64,000 nt of DNA, taken from NCBI RefSeq assembly GCF_009914755.1, contig NC_060926.1; one strand, written 5' to 3'. Of this stretch, positions 62,371 to 64,000 are shown in pieces; positions within the stretch are counted from its first letter, which is position 1; the number at the start of each line of letters is the position of its first letter. A program made the position numbers and the translations under genes. The stretch is from the human T2T-CHM13v2.0 reference genome, Homo sapiens. The notes below the pieces were generated by a model. The model searched no databases and was not told the origin of the DNA. It saw nothing but the letters and a program-made list of their open reading frames with translations.

Positions 62371-64000
62371 GTAAGCGCGGCCAGGCGGGCGTGGGGCGGG
62401 GGCCACAAACTTGGGGCCGTTGGGCGGAGTTGGGAGCGCGGCGGGGCTCGCGGGCCGGGGTGCGCCCGGGAAGGGGCCAGGAGAGCGGGTCCCCTCCGCG
62501 CCCCTCCGGTGCTCTCGGCCCTGCCGCGGCCTGGGCGCCCCCGACCGCGGACTGCCGGGCACCTCCCGGCTCTGCACCTTCCTGCCCGCCTTCCCATCCC
62601 TAACCCCCACCATCGGGGGCCGGCCCAGGGGCGGGGACGCCAGCCAAGGGCGCGGGCGAGGATCAGGGCAGGGGGCCCGGCTGCGGGGCCCGGGGACTGG
62701 AGACCCCCGGGTGCGCAGGCTGCGCCTGGCCTGCAGGCGGGCGGCCGGCACGGAGCTCGGGGCTAGCGTGGGACCGTGCGGTGGCCAGGGTCGCCAGGGC
62801 GCGTGTGCCGGGGAAGAATAGCCGCGGATCGCAGGGCCCCGGCGCAGGGACGGGGGAGGCCGCGATCGGCCGGGAGAACTTAACCGTGTTTATTACAACT
62901 ATTTATGTTCGCGCACAAAGCTGCTGTCACATTGCATAAAGGAGGTCCTCGCTTCGGCGAAGGGAGCTTTTGTGCCCGGCTTCAGGCTCTGCGCCCTGCC
63001 CCAGATTTACAGGACTCTAACAGCCACCTGAATGAACCAAAGTTTCTCACAATCGCTCGGCTCTCTCGGTTTTTTTCAGGGCGATTTAATCACCGAGTGC
63101 TTTTGGAAAAATTTGATATGTGAGTTTTAAGGCATGGAGGGTAACTGCCTTATGAGCACAGTTAGCTTGGCATTGTGTGGAGGGGTTTAATTTGCAAAAC
63201 GCTTTAATTTGTAGACAATGGGGATCTCTGTGAAGGTCTGCGGTGGATGCTAGGGGTCATTGGCTGGTGGACCCCAGGCACCTGACTTAAACTAGTATTG
63301 TAACAGCTTCAGGGACAAAGCCGAGCGTGCGTGGAGTCGGCCTTGGCCACTTCACACAATTCAGGTTGGCAGATTCCTCTTTATTTGGCTTTGTTTATTT
63401 TGCCAACAGGTTTAAGGCTGCTTCTGCCAAGTTTGCATCTGCATAATGGGATGAGCAGGCCCCAGTGTGGGCAGGAGGGGGCCTAAAATATCGCACGGGC
63501 CAGCTCCGTCCCTCGACCCAGAAAGAAACAACCCTGAGAGGCCGGTGGGCGTGGCTTGCTGGGACCTACAGGTAGGGGAGTCCCTTCCTGGCCCAGGCGC
63601 AGTCCCCGCTTCTCGGAAGGGATTTTGTGTAGGAATGAAAGTGATTCAGGGTGTTTTTCATGCCTCTGTTTTAGATGTAGTTATCAAGTCTCAAAAGTGA
63701 CTGAAAATGAAATTAACCTGGGCCGCTTTAACTTACCAAAACGGAACTGTGCGTGTGAACACTCCCTCAATTCACTTTGCAAGCTTCATAGATAAGCAGG
63801 TGAATTAGTAACAGGATTCAAGCCTTGCGAGTTTTACGTAAAGAGAATGGCAGTCATCGGACACGTGGAGAAGAAATTGACTTCACCTGGAGATTGGGCT
63901 AGACATGGAGGTTTTTTGACGTTTGGAACAGGGGTTTCCTGAGAAGCAAGTGTTAACCTGCTTGTGAAGAAGTGAACACGAGGGAAAATCCTACCTCAGT

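Larger units (their letters stand above)
61750..63080 (+). promoter_or_regulatory. NCK2: CpG-island promoter (probably NCK2)
   Basis: Very high GC and CpG density, no TATA, GC boxes (e.g. GTGGGGCGGGGG 62391-62402). Island is seen directly; gene identity rests on recalled mRNA 5' sequence only. Confidence 0.6.

Noticed and set aside
61670-62821. Long ORFs (234, 252, 249 aa and others) over the CpG island as protein-coding genes
   Set aside because: Mostly non-ATG starts, Arg/Gly/Pro/Ala low complexity, overlapping on both strands as expected from stop-codon scarcity at high GC; several cross a splice donor.

Overview
Primate (very likely human) intergenic DNA, dominated by transposable-element fossils: 17 Alus, several L1s (L1PA, L1PB, L1MA, L1MB, L1ME), L2/MIR, MaLR and ERVL/ERV1 solo LTRs, and DNA transposons (hAT-Charlie, Tigger/Tc2 MITEs, a piggyBac-derived MER85). 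I find no credible protein-coding exon; the ORF track is repeat- or GC-derived noise. The last ~2.3 kb is a CpG-island promoter with a + strand, ATG-less first exon that carries a (GCC)15 tract and ends at a GAG|GTAAG donor (62370/62371). From memory this exon resembles the 5' UTR of NCK2 (2q12.2); this is unverified. Repeat subfamily names also come from recalled consensus sequences, and boundaries of old elements are approximate. I did not find a convincing new biological system. The best leads are the GCC/CGG repeat with an antisense poly-Gly frame, two inverted Alus sharing one palindromic target, a MER85, a TIR-complete nested Charlie fossil and several motif-dense candidate enhancers.
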